From positions 496,001 to 529,794 of the forward strand of contig NW_027139247.1 of the NCBI RefSeq assembly GCF_035084215.1: a stretch of 33,794 nucleotides of DNA. The letters run 5' to 3'. The position numbers and the translations under genes are program-made. Position 1 is the first letter of the stretch. Each line of letters begins with the position of its first letter. The stretch comes from Heptranchias perlo. Its lineage: Eukaryota. The notes beneath the pieces were generated by a model that ran no database searches, was not told the origin of the DNA, and saw only the letters and a list, made by a program, of their open reading frames with translations. Shown here one piece after another: positions 32,001 through 33,794 of this stretch.

Positions 32001-33794
32001 TGGGATTCCCCCCCTGTCTGTTCCTGCTGTTTTGGTCAGTCCTGGAGCGGTGACTTATGGTGGGATTCCCCCCCTGTCTGTCTGGTGTTTTGGTCAGTCT
32101 GGAGCGGGTGACTGATGGTGAGATTCCCCCTGGTCTGTCTGGTGTTTTGGTCAGTCTGGAGCGGTGATTGATGGTGGGATTCCCCCATCTGTCTGGTGTT
32201 TTGGTCAGTCTGGGAGCAGTGACTGATGGTGGGATTCCCCCTGTCTGTCTGCTGTTTTGGTCAGTCTGGGAGCGGTGATTGATGGTGAGATTCCCCCCTC
32301 TGTCTGTCTGCTGTTTTGGTCAGTCTGGGAGCGGTGACTGATGGTTGGATTCCCCCCTGTCTGTCTGGTGTTTTGGTCAGTCTGGGAGCAGTGACTGGAT
32401 GGTGAGATTCCCCCTGTCTGTCTGCTGTTTTGGTCAGTCTGGGAGCGGTGATTGATGGTGAGATTCCCCCTGTCTGTCTGGTGTTTTGGTCAGTCTGGGA
32501 GCGGTGACTGATGGTGAGATTCCCCCCTGTCTGTCTGCTGTTTTGGTCAGTCTGGGAGCGGTGACTGATGGTGAGATTCCCCCCTGTCTGTCTGGTGTTT
32601 CTGGTCAGTCTGGGAGCAGTGACTGATGGTGGGATTCCCCCCCTGTCTGTCTGCTGTTTTGGTCAGTCTGGAGCGGTGACTTTTGGTGGGATTCCCCCCT
32701 GTCTGTCTGGTGTTTTGGTCAGTCTGGGAGCGGTGACTGATGGTGAGATTCCCCCCTGTCTGTCTGGTGTTTTGGTCAGTCTGGGAGCAGTGACTGATGG
32801 TGGGATTCCCCCCTGTCTGTCTGCTGTTTTGGTCAGTCTGGGAGCGGTGACTTATGGTGGGATTCCCCCCTGTCTGTCCTGGTGTTTTGGTCAGTCTGGG
32901 AGCGGTGACTGATGGTGAGATTCCCCCCTGTCTGTCTGGTGTTTTGGTCAGTCTGGGAGCGGTGATTGATGGTGGGATTCCCCCCTGTCTGTCTGGTGAT
33001 TTTGGTCAGTCTGGGACGCAGTGACTGATGGTGGGATTCCCCCCTGTCTGTCTGCTGTTTTGGTCAGTCTGGGAGCGGTGATTGATGGTGAGATTCCCCC
33101 CTCTGTCTGTCTGCTGTTTTGGTCAGTCTGGGAGCGGTGACTGATGGTTGGATTCCCCCCTGTCTGTCTGGTGTTTTGGTCAGTCTGGGAGCAGTGACTG
33201 ATGGTGAGATTCCCCCCTGTCTGTCTGCTGTTTTGGTCAGTCTGGGAGCGGTGATTGATGGTGAGATTCCCCCCTGTCTGTCCGCTGTTTTGGTCAGTCT
33301 GGGAGCGGTCACTGATGGTGAGATTCCCCCCTGTCTGTCTGGTGTTTTGGTCAGTCTGGGAGCGGTCACTGATGGTGAGATTCCCCCCCTGTCTGTCTGG
33401 TGTTTTGGTCAGTCTGGGAGCGGTCACTGATGGTGAGATTCCCCTCTGTCTGTCTGGTGTTTTGGTCAGTCTGGGAGCGGTGATTGATGGTGAGATTCCC
33501 CTCTGTCTGTCTGTTGTTTGGTCAGTCTGGGAGCGGTCACTGATGGTGAGATTCCCTCTGTCTGTCTGGTGTTTTGGTCAGTCTGGGGAGCGGTGATTGA
33601 TGGTGAGATTCCCCCCTGTCTGTCTGGTGTTTTGGTCAGTCTGGGAGCGGTCACTGATGGTGAGATTCCCCTCTGGTCTGTCTGGTGTTTTGGTCAGTCT
33701 GGGAGCGGTCACTGATGGTGAGATTCCCCCCTGTCTGTCTGGTGTTTTGGTCAGTCTGGGAGCAGTGACTGATGGTGAGATTCCCCCCTGTCTA
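17030..33794. repeat. 57-bp tandem repeat (minisatellite/satellite) array, ~290-295 monomers, truncated by window end
   Basis: Consensus GATGGTGAGATTCCCCCCTGTCTGTCTGGTGTTTTGGTCAGTCTGGGAGCGGTGACT repeated head-to-tail with no spacers. Common variants: gact/gatt/cact, cccccc/cccctc/tccctc, gag/ggg, and a +1 C. Confidence 0.99.

Noticed and set aside
17009-33715. Dozens of long repeat ORFs as real CDSs (including an Ig-strand-like NLTIS..D pattern on the minus strand)
   Set aside because: They follow automatically from a 57-nt stop-free unit. Frames are broken by C-tract indels and TAG/TGA variants, variants are mostly non-synonymous, and the Ig-like frame lacks the Y-x-C motif and does not continue into an Ig domain in the flank.
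17030-33794. CRISPR-like array
   Set aside because: Monomers are head-to-tail with no unique spacers, there are no cas genes, and the context is vertebrate retroelements.

Overview
Eukaryotic, repeat-rich DNA, most likely from a cartilaginous fish (shark-type CR1 and L2 LINEs plus Deu-domain SINE fragments). It has two halves. Bases 1-17000 are a mosaic of decayed, partly nested retroelements, including a 3.3-kb CR1 with ORF1-esterase, APE endonuclease and RT remnants. This half also holds a ~2.2-kb direct segmental duplication (6370-8603 / 9684-11899, offset 3314). Next to the second copy is a convincing 52-nt signal-peptide (leader) exon on the minus strand (9660-9609, MLLVTLLNVYCVPNVSS|gtaag) with a CCAAT box upstream; the first copy carries the upstream region without the exon. 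Bases ~17030-33794 are one uninterrupted array of roughly 290-295 copies of a 57-bp monomer that runs off the window. The array has higher-order repeats of about 54, 62 and 58 monomers and switches variant family near 31.3 kb. Each monomer carries kappaB-like and Smad (GTCT) motifs. No intact protein-coding gene is fully contained; the long ORFs in the array are judged artefacts of a stop-free 57-bp unit.
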